DNA of 40,147 nucleotides from a virus (lineage: Duplodnaviria; Caudoviricetes), in the IMG/VR virus record IMGVR_UViG_3300022741_000089, positions 1 to 40,147 of that record; one strand, written 5' to 3'. A program made the position numbers and the translations under genes. Each line of letters begins with the position of its first letter. The first letter of the stretch is position 1. This document shows positions 1-9,013 of the stretch, piece after piece. The notes under the pieces are model-generated. The model did no database searches and was not told where the DNA came from. It worked only from the letters and a program-made list of their open reading frames with translations.

Positions 1-3000
1 TCAGCGCTCGTACACCATCACAGACACTACGTCGACGTAGTGGTCGTTCGCTGTCCCTGATGTACGACCTGAAGCGTTATACAGGGCATCCAGCAACCGG
101 GTGTTGGCAGCGAGTGGTACAGGCAGCGACCTCGGGTACCAGTACCACGGCCCCGTTGCGCCTCCTCCATGTGGCACCCATGACAGGCCCGAGTAGGTCG
201 TAGCGATTGTCGCCGCCGCTGCTGTAAGTGTGCGCAGCCCCATACCACCAGGATCTTGGTCGCTATAAGCGGACTGCTGCCACCTGATCTTCGCCCAGCA
301 AGCGCCTGCATCGATCTCGGTACCTGGAACGCCCTGTGCGACCAGATCGAGCCGCTGTCTTGATACGGATGAAACGACGTTGCCACCGGCAAAATAGTAG
401 CCCCCCTCGAATGGCGGAGGGTTGGCTGAGCGGACTGCCATAGCCCCAGACTCAACCGTCCAGCCTGAAGTACTACCCAGCTCAGCCCCTGGGTTGGTCA
501 GCGTCAAGTTATGCACGGTGAGGGTGTTCGGTTCATATGAGCCAGACACCGCAGCAGCGTAGCCATCCTCATCCAATGGAGCGTTCTGGATGATCACGTT
601 CGCCACCCGCGCCATAGAGAAACCGCTGAGGAAGCCTGCAGAGGCCAACGGCAGGCCACCTACACTCACCACCTCAGCAGCCTGATTGATGGTCCAGGGG
701 CGTGTATCGAAGAGCATAGAGTTGATCTTGATGTCGACCTGGTCAGCTCCGTTGTATTCAACGGTGTAGTGGTTGAACACCGACGAACCGTCCAACGGGG
801 AACTCCAGATGCTCAACCAGGAATCGAGATCGACCACATTGGTCAGCCCCTCCGTCGACGTCCATACGTGCCCCGTACCTGGGTGGAAGGCGATGTCCTG
901 CGGATACTGGCTGGGTGCCGAGTGGGTTGCCTCGGCAACGAGCGAGGCGCCATCGGCAGAGGACGTGATGGCCGCCTGGATATCGTAGGCCTGCATGTAA
1001 CCGGCCGCACCAACCACTCCCTGTTGGACGTTTCGACTGACCCAGAGCTTGCCAGCAGCATTGCAGTCATGTCCCTGGATGCGTAGCCCAATAGAAAAGC
1101 GCTTGTAGCGGCTGGCGACATTGAAGACGGATGTCCCGAGTGATGACGCCGCGATCACGTAGAGGTATGGAGTCCCGCTCTCGGCATATTCAGAGACCAG
1201 CGCATACTCCGTACCAGCAACCGTAACGAAGTTCAGGCCGCTGACCCTGGCCAGAACACTGGTATCGAAAACCTCATTTATCACTGCCGAGCCAGTCGCA
1301 AAGCTGGCTTCCAGGTCGATCTTGATCATCTTCCGGCTGTCGTAGTCAGTCGCCCAGACGTCACCATTGCTGCGCCGTGCTAACGCAGCCACATGCCGGT
1401 AAGTGACGGTACCGAAGGTGAACTCACCGATCACTGCCCCATCACTCAGGCGAATGCGCCACGCCAGGCTCTGAGTGTCCTGCGCATGCCCAACGATCAC
1501 CACCGAGGTCGCATCATCGAAAAGGATCGCTTGCGGCCGGATCTTGAAACTACCAACCGCCAGCAGTGGGTAAGCGCGCTCGTAGTGCCACTGCGGACGG
1601 CCTAGCACCAATGACTGAATGCCCGAGGCCGTGGAAGCTCTTACGGCAATGGCGGCCATCGCTGCGGTGGATGGGTCAGGTATGACGGCAATCTCCAGTC
1701 GAGGAACGGCCCCACTGCTATTGGCTCCTATCGTGATGACCGCATCACGCGAACTCAGCGCACGCGGTTGATCCACCCTTATAGAAGCATGAAGCGTTGT
1801 CGCACCACCCAGCACCGACAGCCACGACGGCACCGACGTGGACTTGAGGCGAGCCTGATATCCATCGCCCTCGAACCCAAGCGGCGTCACATGCGGTGCA
1901 GCGCCATTACGCTCCCAGGTAATGACACCGTCAGCATCTTCCTCGTCATAAGTAAGCGGCAACGCAAGCATCTGCAGCGCCAGCTCGACGAAAAGCCGAT
2001 GGCCAAGCCCCTGGAACGACTCGACGCCGCTCCTGACCGAGCTGACAGCCACACGGTAGACACCAGTCGAGGCAACAGGCACTGAAACGGTGTTACCCGA
2101 GAACGGTGTCTCGGATATCAGCGTGCCGCCGGCGGAGAACAACCTCGCAATATATGTAGTCCCGGCCTCGGGCCCGATATTGCCGACAGTGGTATCAACC
2201 AGCTGATCTGCCTGCTGCAGCCGATCACGGTGGCTGAACTGGATCACCAGGTCGCCAGCGACCTCATCAGGGTAGATTTCGCCATTGATTCGAAGGTTAC
2301 CAGGTGGATATGGCCGGGCCTGGCGACGGCCGGTGAGGTGACTGTCAATCGGCGCCAACTCCAGATCGAGCAGTCCGGTCGATGTGCGGGTCTGCACCTT
2401 TGCCTGCACAGTCACACCTGGTGCGTAATCGACGGGATCAACGGCCGTGTCTGACTCATAGAACCAGATCCGCGCCCCTGCAGCGTGCTTGGCCGGCACC
2501 GTGTCGGAACAGCCGCGAGCAATAACAAGGTCGCCAGTATCGATATCGAGGCTGACCACCCGAACGATCTCGTCATCGATCAGAGCGGGGACGCCCGACT
2601 GAACTGTCGAGATATCGGTACCGTAAGTGATCCGCGTAGTCGTTGTGAGGTAGTCGAGCGCGGTCGCAATCTGAGCAGTCGGGCACCAGTCACCCGTATC
2701 TACGCCACCCCAGGCTGCCGAGCCGACACGAGTGAGCAAGGTATACGCCCGCGCCGCAGCACTGGGCCGACGGGCGATGACGCCGACAGCACACGAGGTA
2801 TCAGTGACCTCAGCCATCTGTGCCGGTGTTAGGAAATGCACCAGGTCGCGGTACGGAATCTCGAAGATCCGGCGCACAGTTGCCGGCAAAGGATCGGCTG
2901 TAGGCGGAGTGACGGTCGGCGGCTGCGGCGCAACGTAGGCAGTGTCAGGCAGGCCATAGGCGTCGATAACCGCGCTGATCGTGACAGTGCCAGCCTCAAG

Positions 3001-4131
3001 CGTCCCGTAGTCGCACTGGCCGGCCCGGAGAACGAGCTGCTCATACCCGCGCTTGAGCGAGCGGATACGAAACGCTTTCCCTGGAAGTACTTCGGCACCG
3101 CGACGATCAAGCCGTACCTTGAAACGGCGAACGGCCGCCGACTTCGCCGCCAGATCCCTCTGTGCCAAGCGCCCCGCCAAACCGCTGGTAGGCACATGCG
3201 GGTATTGCACGGTCTCCGACAACACCGACCCGACAGACTGGATCGCGGCATTGTTCTGAACGCGCACCTGGTCGTCGGCGCCCTGGTTCATCATGTTGGT
3301 GAACTTGACCACCAAATCATTAGTGGCCATTGCGCCATCAGCCGCATCGTCCTCATCGATGCCGAGCAAACCACTGTCCTCGTCGAACAGGGGCAAATCA
3401 TCGACCACGTAGTCGTCTCGGATGAGGTGCAGCGCCACCTGGCCCGTGACCAGGTCATCGAGCAGCACAGCATTGATGTGATCGATCACGCTCTTAACCA
3501 GAGCCCCGAGGCCTTCCTGCCTACGCCAGCAGATGCACAGGCCGAAGCCCTCGGCATACAACTGGTCAGCAGCAGCTCGGAAAGATGCATCGTGGATCCG
3601 TGCGGCCGACCGACCACGGCCCCACTCACGATTGGTGAAGGCCTCATAGATGATATGGGCCGGGTTCATCGACGTGATCGTGTCGTTGCCTTGCCAGATC
3701 AAGGCCTTCTCCGGATACCAGACGTTGTCGTCATCCCAGCCGGCCGTTACTCGCCGCGCCCGAAACGCCCACGGCTTGGGATACGGGTTCATCGAACTGA
3801 TCAGGCCATCGAAGAACAGCGTGGTCATACCCCGGAACGCCGGCACCAAGGCGCTACCCAGCATCCGCTTGAGGCGAGGGTTAACGGGTTGGGTCTCGGT
3901 ACCAAGCATCATGTCTATGGTGCCGTAGATTCCGCCTTCACCTTCATCGCCACCGAACAGAGAGCTGGCCGCGATCAACCAGCGGGCCTGGCCCAGAGCC
4001 GAGCCGCGCCAGGCTGTTCGATCGCCCACACGGATCTCGCGCAACTCATTGATCGGGCCACGGCACAAGCTCATGTGTATGCCCATGAAGTAGCGGTAGC
4101 CGATCGTCTGCGGCTTATTGCTCTGGCCCAT
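1..4131 (-). CDS. Tail tip / central tail fibre (host-specificity) protein with long C-terminal extension
   Basis: Likely start MGQSNKPQTIGYRY (ATG 4131). N-terminal ~730 aa typical of D3112/B3-type tail-tip proteins (GG..GEGG, MNPYPKPW, NPAHIIYE, ARPYPPGN); last gene of tail operon. Confidence 0.85.
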   Translation of the reverse strand: MGQSNKPQTIGYRYFMGIHMSLCRGPINELREIRVGDRTAWRGSALGQARWLIAASSLFGGDEGEGGIYGTIDMMLGTETQPVNPRLKRMLGSALVPAFRGMTTLFFDGLISSMNPYPKPWAFRARRVTAGWDDDNVWYPEKALIWQGNDTITSMNPAHIIYEAFTNREWGRGRSAARIHDASFRAAADQLYAEGFGLCICWRRQEGLGALVKSVIDHINAVLLDDLVTGQVALHLIRDDYVVDDLPLFDEDSGLLGIDEDDAADGAMATNDLVVKFTNMMNQGADDQVRVQNNAAIQSVGSVLSETVQYPHVPTSGLAGRLAQRDLAAKSAAVRRFKVRLDRRGAEVLPGKAFRIRSLKRGYEQLVLRAGQCDYGTLEAGTVTISAVIDAYGLPDTAYVAPQPPTVTPPTADPLPATVRRIFEIPYRDLVHFLTPAQMAEVTDTSCAVGVIARRPSAAARAYTLLTRVGSAAWGGVDTGDWCPTAQIATALDYLTTTTRITYGTDISTVQSGVPALIDDEIVRVVSLDIDTGDLVIARGCSDTVPAKHAAGARIWFYESDTAVDPVDYAPGVTVQAKVQTRTSTGLLDLELAPIDSHLTGRRQARPYPPGNLRINGEIYPDEVAGDLVIQFSHRDRLQQADQLVDTTVGNIGPEAGTTYIARLFSAGGTLISETPFSGNTVSVPVASTGVYRVAVSSVRSGVESFQGLGHRLFVELALQMLALPLTYDEEDADGVITWERNGAAPHVTPLGFEGDGYQARLKSTSVPSWLSVLGGATTLHASIRVDQPRALSSRDAVITIGANSSGAVPRLEIAVIPDPSTAAMAAIAVRASTASGIQSLVLGRPQWHYERAYPLLAVGSFKIRPQAILFDDATSVVIVGHAQDTQSLAWRIRLSDGAVIGEFTFGTVTYRHVAALARRSNGDVWATDYDSRKMIKIDLEASFATGSAVINEVFDTSVLARVSGLNFVTVAGTEYALVSEYAESGTPYLYVIAASSLGTSVFNVASRYKRFSIGLRIQGHDCNAAGKLWVSRNVQQGVVGAAGYMQAYDIQAAITSSADGASLVAEATHSAPSQYPQDIAFHPGTGHVWTSTEGLTNVVDLDSWLSIWSSPLDGSSVFNHYTVEYNGADQVDIKINSMLFDTRPWTINQAAEVVSVGGLPLASAGFLSGFSMARVANVIIQNAPLDEDGYAAAVSGSYEPNTLTVHNLTLTNPGAELGSTSGWTVESGAMAVRSANPPPFEGGYYFAGGNVVSSVSRQRLDLVAQGVPGTEIDAGACWAKIRWQQSAYSDQDPGGMGLRTLTAAAATIATTYSGLSWVPHGGGATGPWYWYPRSLPVPLAANTRLLDALYNASGRTSGTANDHYVDVVSVMVYER

Positions 4132-4330
4132 TGATGGCCTCCTGTTCAGCTCGTTCGGCCAGGGCAATGGCAAAGGCGTTGCCGGTTGCGCGCAGTTCGT
4201 CGACCGGGATGCCCTCGAAAACGAACCTGTTGTAGTCGAGGCCCAGCTCGGCGGCGATTACGCGCGCCGTGCGCATGCACTGGCCAAGCTCATGAATGTG
4301 TTTCGGCCAGGCGCGAATTACGGGATCCAT
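4115..4330 (-). CDS. Small tail assembly protein
   Basis: 71 aa; GLDYNRFVFEGIPVDELRATGNAFA resembles the small protein preceding the tail-tip gene in D3112-like phages; overlaps both neighbours. Confidence 0.75.
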   Translation of the reverse strand: MDPVIRAWPKHIHELGQCMRTARVIAAELGLDYNRFVFEGIPVDELRATGNAFAIALAERAEQEAINGPEQ

Positions 4331-4767
4331 GTGCTGCCTCCTACCGTTCCGCTACCCAGGCCGTCGTCATCAGGATCCTCGGGCTGGGTTGGATCCCACT
4401 CGATCAACTTGTCGCCGACCGGATCCCATGGCGCCTTGAACTTGGCCTCGATCGGGTTGGTGGTGCCCGGCGCCAGACCTGGCGTCCAGCCACCGATGGA
4501 TTTCTTTCCGCCGGCACTCTTGATCTTTGTGGTGCGGAAGTTGCCGTAGGTGTTCACGAACCAGTCCTTGATCCACACGTCACCAAAGATCACGTACTGG
4601 GCGGTACCGACCTCAGCAACCGGAAAATCGAAGTCCTCGAAAGCCGCAGCCCGAGGTGCGTTGTTCTTCGGTCGGTTGAGGTAACTGATAGCGAAGCTGG
4701 CCACCAGCATGATGATCTGTGGCCATGGGACTACGGCCTGGTAGATAACAAACTCAGAGATATGCAT
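4318..4767 (-). CDS. Small tail assembly protein with acidic/Pro/Gly-rich C-terminal extension
   Basis: ATG 4767 just after upstream stop at 4770; hydrophobic N-terminus, FEDFDFP..EVGT.QYVIFGDVWI motif. Confidence 0.75.
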   Translation of the reverse strand: MHISEFVIYQAVVPWPQIIMLVASFAISYLNRPKNNAPRAAAFEDFDFPVAEVGTAQYVIFGDVWIKDWFVNTYGNFRTTKIKSAGGKKSIGGWTPGLAPGTTNPIEAKFKAPWDPVGDKLIEWDPTQPEDPDDDGLGSGTVGGSTWIP

Positions 4768-4769
4768 CG

Positions 4770-5588
4770 TTAGAACACCGGATTGCCGTTGAAGGGGTTC
4801 TTGCCCATGAGGTTGGGGTCGCCCCGGAGGTTGTTCAGGTTGTTGAACTTGGCCAGACACATGGCGGCGGTACGGTTGCAGCCCGGATAGACCCGCACGG
4901 CACCGAGTGGCACTCCAGCCGTGCCCCCCATCAATCGCATGACGCTACCGACGTGGCGCTCGATCGCCCGACGCTCGAACTCGCCACTGCCGATCGGCCA
5001 CTCGATGAAACCGCCGTCGAACCAGCCATTGGCATAACCCTCGGCAGTACCGCTGCTGATCGTCAGCCCGGTCATGGACTGGATCGTCATGTCGACGCGC
5101 CACAGGTCGCGGTTGACCTTGCACTTGCGGTCGAACAGCGCCGCGCCGCAGTTGCGCTCATGAGTCAGCCGCAGGCCGGGCACGTCGAGGGTGGCCATCA
5201 GGGTCTGCGCGCTGATCTCACAGCGATCGAGCGACGGCCAGCGCACGGTCTCGATCGACCCACTCCAGGCGACCTGGGGCGTGTTCTCGCCGTAATGGTG
5301 GTCGTAGATGATCAGCTCGATCTCCGCGCTGGGCGGGAACGTGCGATAGAGCTGCGCGACCTCGATGTCGGCCGGAGCGGTGATCTTCATCCGATCGGCC
5401 GTGGTCTCGCCGGTGCGCCGTATCCCGTTGTCGATGATGCCGCCGCGCAGCGAGCGATAGATCTCGGTGCCTATCGTGATGCTGCGATCGCCGCTGGCGT
5501 ACAGCCAGACGATGACGCCGCGCTTGAACTTGTACAGACGCAGTGGCGCACCAGCAGCTAGAGAGCGTTCACGACTGCTAAAACTCAT
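4770..5588 (-). CDS. Tail hub protein, DUF2163/BR0599 family
   Basis: C-terminal YPGCNRTAAMCLAKFNNLNNLRG.P motif typical of BR0599; position in tail-tip cluster. Confidence 0.85.
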   Translation of the reverse strand: MSFSSRERSLAAGAPLRLYKFKRGVIVWLYASGDRSITIGTEIYRSLRGGIIDNGIRRTGETTADRMKITAPADIEVAQLYRTFPPSAEIELIIYDHHYGENTPQVAWSGSIETVRWPSLDRCEISAQTLMATLDVPGLRLTHERNCGAALFDRKCKVNRDLWRVDMTIQSMTGLTISSGTAEGYANGWFDGGFIEWPIGSGEFERRAIERHVGSVMRLMGGTAGVPLGAVRVYPGCNRTAAMCLAKFNNLNNLRGDPNLMGKNPFNGNPVF

Positions 5589-7287
5589 CGTCACGCTCCT
5601 CCCGGAACACCGTTACCCAGGCGGCAACGCCTTCGCTGTCAGTGATGTGCTCAATGCGCTGGGTGTCACCATCGAAACGTACCAGGCTCATCCAACTCAC
5701 ACGCGCAATCTCGGCAGGCTGTACCACCACCCCGAGCGCCGACTCGATGCCTAGTCGCTCGATCTGTGCGTCCAGTTCGAACGATCCAGTGACACGCACC
5801 ATGAATACGCGGCCATCGAACAGCTCAATACGCATGTCGCGCCTGCCAGGGCTACCCGCGCTGAATCGGGTGTAACCGATGTATGCGATGTCAATCGTCG
5901 TGGCCAAAGCGCCAATGGGCGCAGCGATAGTCACGTCGTCCATATGGCTAGGCACCCAAACGACCCGCTGCCGACCATGCATGCCGTAAATGAACGATCT
6001 AATCAGCGCGCGCGCCTCCCGGCCGAGATCGAGATGACGCTGATTGAGCACCTGCAGTGCTCGCCCGGCAGTGTCTGTAACCAGGGGCTGCGCGAAGCCA
6101 CTGTCGAGCGTCGAGCGCAAGCGCTGAGCTGTATGCGTCAGGTTTTCAGTGTCATCGGGGCGCCGATCCCAAACAGGTATGCCCCGGTAAAGTGTGGTCG
6201 GCACCCACTCAGGCCAATCACAGACCTCAACGACCAGGAAGCGCACTTCCGCCTCGATCAAGCGATCAGTGAGTTTGCTAAGTGAGGGCTCCTCGATGAG
6301 CTGGGCGGCACGCACCGGGTACAGCCGTGACCCTGCCGGCCAGGCTTGTTGCGTTGAGCGATTCAACTGCAGGCCATTGCTGAGCACGGCGAGGATCTCG
6401 ACCGTCTCGACAGTGAACGCATCTTCACCGCGCAACATCGCCAGACCGCCAGCGCTGAAGTCGAGCCATTGAGTACTGCACGGAATAAAGTCGGCGTCTG
6501 CAGGTACTTCGACCTGCAGCAGCTGGATATCAGGCCAGATCGGCAGAGCCCAAATGCGATCACTCCAGCCGAATAGCGCGAGATCGAGGAGCTGTCGCTC
6601 GCGGCCCTCGACATACATAGGGCCACTGAACTCGCGACGCGGCGCCTGACGTAGCTGCCGGCGCTGAGTTGCAGCAGACTCGCTCTGCAGGAGATCCGTG
6701 AGCGCCGCCAGTGTCTCGATGATGCCAACGCCCCAATCGGGCGCGAATGGCCAGCCTACGATGCGGTTGGCAGTCACACGGACGCTGACGACTTCTGTGC
6801 CAAAGTCCCATTCAAGCAATGTGTCGATGACGGGCTGGCCGCTGGGCGTTACCGAGGCCTCCCACATGCGCTCCTGCAGCCCGGAAAAGAGCAGCGGTGC
6901 CGCAGGCTGACCTTCCAGCACAATACCCTCGGTACCCACGCGGATCTCGGAAAGCGTTCGCGGCTCGAACCAAGCATTCCAAACGTATACGGGAAAGGTC
7001 TGCGTCGAGACCACATTACCGAGCGCCATCGCCCTGGGCGTGATATGGACGCGGCCATAATAATCATCGACATACGAGAGACGGCGATTGCCAACCAACT
7101 CGACACCGACCGATTCATGGGCTGGCCGCGCAACGCCCCCCACCAATGAGCGGCCAGCTAAGTTGGCAAAGGGCACCGGTGAAAACTGGTTGATCCACTC
7201 GAAGCGAGAGTGCTCGACAGTGATATTGGCATTGCTCAGCACGCCGCCAATCGTGCTGACGCAAACCCGGCCAGGCAGAACGGCCAT
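5578..7287 (-). CDS. Virion structural / distal tail protein
   Basis: ATG 7287 in TAATG overlap with upstream stop; DDYYGRVHI, VWNAW, PDW motifs as in D3112-like tail proteins. Confidence 0.75.
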   Translation of the reverse strand: MAVLPGRVCVSTIGGVLSNANITVEHSRFEWINQFSPVPFANLAGRSLVGGVARPAHESVGVELVGNRRLSYVDDYYGRVHITPRAMALGNVVSTQTFPVYVWNAWFEPRTLSEIRVGTEGIVLEGQPAAPLLFSGLQERMWEASVTPSGQPVIDTLLEWDFGTEVVSVRVTANRIVGWPFAPDWGVGIIETLAALTDLLQSESAATQRRQLRQAPRREFSGPMYVEGRERQLLDLALFGWSDRIWALPIWPDIQLLQVEVPADADFIPCSTQWLDFSAGGLAMLRGEDAFTVETVEILAVLSNGLQLNRSTQQAWPAGSRLYPVRAAQLIEEPSLSKLTDRLIEAEVRFLVVEVCDWPEWVPTTLYRGIPVWDRRPDDTENLTHTAQRLRSTLDSGFAQPLVTDTAGRALQVLNQRHLDLGREARALIRSFIYGMHGRQRVVWVPSHMDDVTIAAPIGALATTIDIAYIGYTRFSAGSPGRRDMRIELFDGRVFMVRVTGSFELDAQIERLGIESALGVVVQPAEIARVSWMSLVRFDGDTQRIEHITDSEGVAAWVTVFREERDDEF

Positions 7288-8180
7288 TACAGCTCCTCGT
7301 ACCTGACCGCCCAACCGAATGTGCCGGTATGGGCGACGTTAGTGCCGCCGTTGCGAGCTGCCGTGCTCTTGCGAAACCAGGGGAAAACCTTCCACTGATC
7401 GCTACCGAGCTGGATAACCTGCCCTGGCGTGTAGTTGTCGATGCGGGTGATCCGGACGTGCTCAAGATCAGCGGCTAGCGATACCTTCGATTCAGGCCGT
7501 GGGATGTAGCAACGAACAGGCAGCAGAACTGCCTCGCTGTTCCAGGTGTTGGGCAGGAGCGCGATCAACGGGGCAAGGGATCGAGCACCGACCTGCACAC
7601 CGTTTAAGCTGCCCTGTAGGTTCCAACCAGATCCATCAAAGTCGTGATGGACATAGCAGTTGCGCGAAAGAGAGATACTGACCGTCGCACCAACGGTGCC
7701 CGCCCAGAACAGTCCCGGACAGCAGCGATCACCCGTGCCGGGGATGTTTCCGCCAGCGTCAGCCACCATATGAATGTTGCCGGTTGAGACACCAACGCTC
7801 GCACCGACAAACATCCCGGTACCCGGCATGCCACCAACCGACGACGCTCCGAACGCCGCCCACTGGTACATATCGGTGCCGTAGTTGATGACCAGGTAAA
7901 CCTCGTCAGGGAAAGCAAAAATCTCGTACACAACAGGCCAGGCGATCGGAATACCAGCCAGCATGCCGATGCGAACAACGCTCGGCGCGGCGCCAGCTCC
8001 TGCTGATGTCATCCCGAGAAAGGTCAGGAAGTCGCTGGCGACCTGAATGCGTAGGAATGATGTGCCCTTGCTGAGCACCTCTGTACCACTGTTCCAAGCC
8101 CATCCTTGCCCCGTGGCCGCAGCAACCAGCGCTGTGCGCAGTGCTGCCAAATCATTTGCCGACCCGGTTACATAGCTCAT
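7287..8180 (-). CDS. Virion structural (tail) protein
   Basis: 297 aa; ATGA-coupled; MSYVTGSAN start and GW(A)VRY end as in D3112/B3-type post-TMP genes. Confidence 0.75.
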   Translation of the reverse strand: MSYVTGSANDLAALRTALVAAATGQGWAWNSGTEVLSKGTSFLRIQVASDFLTFLGMTSAGAGAAPSVVRIGMLAGIPIAWPVVYEIFAFPDEVYLVINYGTDMYQWAAFGASSVGGMPGTGMFVGASVGVSTGNIHMVADAGGNIPGTGDRCCPGLFWAGTVGATVSISLSRNCYVHHDFDGSGWNLQGSLNGVQVGARSLAPLIALLPNTWNSEAVLLPVRCYIPRPESKVSLAADLEHVRITRIDNYTPGQVIQLGSDQWKVFPWFRKSTAARNGGTNVAHTGTFGWAVRYEEL

Positions 8181-9013
8181 GCGTCCATCTCCAGGGCGAA
8201 GTAGTCAGTGAAGCCAGTGCGCGCCACGTCCTGGAACACCACGAAATCGCGGCCACCCACCGAGAGCGTGTTTTCGGAGGCATTGTTGAACCCACTGATG
8301 AAGTAGACGCCATCGAGGGCCCCCCAGAGATTGCCGCTGTTGTCGTTAAGCTCGACAGCCAGCAACGAGTACTCACCGCCCGAATCCCGCAACTGCGTAG
8401 ATCCAGCGAGAGCAGCGTTCTGATAGGGATGCGCATGAGGGTTGACCCAGCCATCATTGGTACGTATCGACAAACCAGGTGTATTACCGCGCCACGGCAT
8501 CGAGTGGACGGTATCGCTGAAGCGCGTTGCAGCAGCCCCGTTGAGCATTCCGCCAACTGCTAGCGGGTATGGGTATTGCGACGGCCTTGCGTAGGGCAGG
8601 AACTTGCCCGCATAGGCACATTCGTAGACTGGGGTACCCACCCGCATAACCAGCGCAATACGCTGGGGGTTGAGGGTCAGCCAGTAATCGATCCTGTTGT
8701 TATGCGCTGGGATACCCGACCAACGCGCACCAGGCTGGCCGTTGAAGGTGTTGCCCGCCACGTATCCCGTGAAACCTGCCGACACCAGGTTGTAGTAATC
8801 CGCGTCTGCGTTCTGATATGTGCGAAAACCGATGAAGATTTCCTCCTCGCCCGAATACCCAACTCCCTTGAGGATCAGCTCGCGGTTGGCCGGTACCGTG
8901 TCATAGCGCAGCACCGTCCAGCCATTGGCAAAGGCGAAGTCGCGGATGGTCTCCAGCATGGCGTAGTGCGCCAGCATGCTCGTGTTATCGACGAAGCCGA
9001 TTTGATGGGGCAT
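8177..9013 (-). CDS. Virion structural (tail) protein
   Basis: 278 aa directly after tape measure gene; PYARPSQYPYPLAVGG, GALDGVYFISGFNNASEN motifs. Confidence 0.78.
   Translation of the reverse strand: MPHQIGFVDNTSMLAHYAMLETIRDFAFANGWTVLRYDTVPANRELILKGVGYSGEEEIFIGFRTYQNADADYYNLVSAGFTGYVAGNTFNGQPGARWSGIPAHNNRIDYWLTLNPQRIALVMRVGTPVYECAYAGKFLPYARPSQYPYPLAVGGMLNGAAATRFSDTVHSMPWRGNTPGLSIRTNDGWVNPHAHPYQNAALAGSTQLRDSGGEYSLLAVELNDNSGNLWGALDGVYFISGFNNASENTLSVGGRDFVVFQDVARTGFTDYFALEMDA

Noticed and set aside
1-9013. Tail-fibre diversification by invertase (gin) or diversity-generating retroelement
   Set aside because: No recombinase, reverse transcriptase or template/variable repeat pair seen
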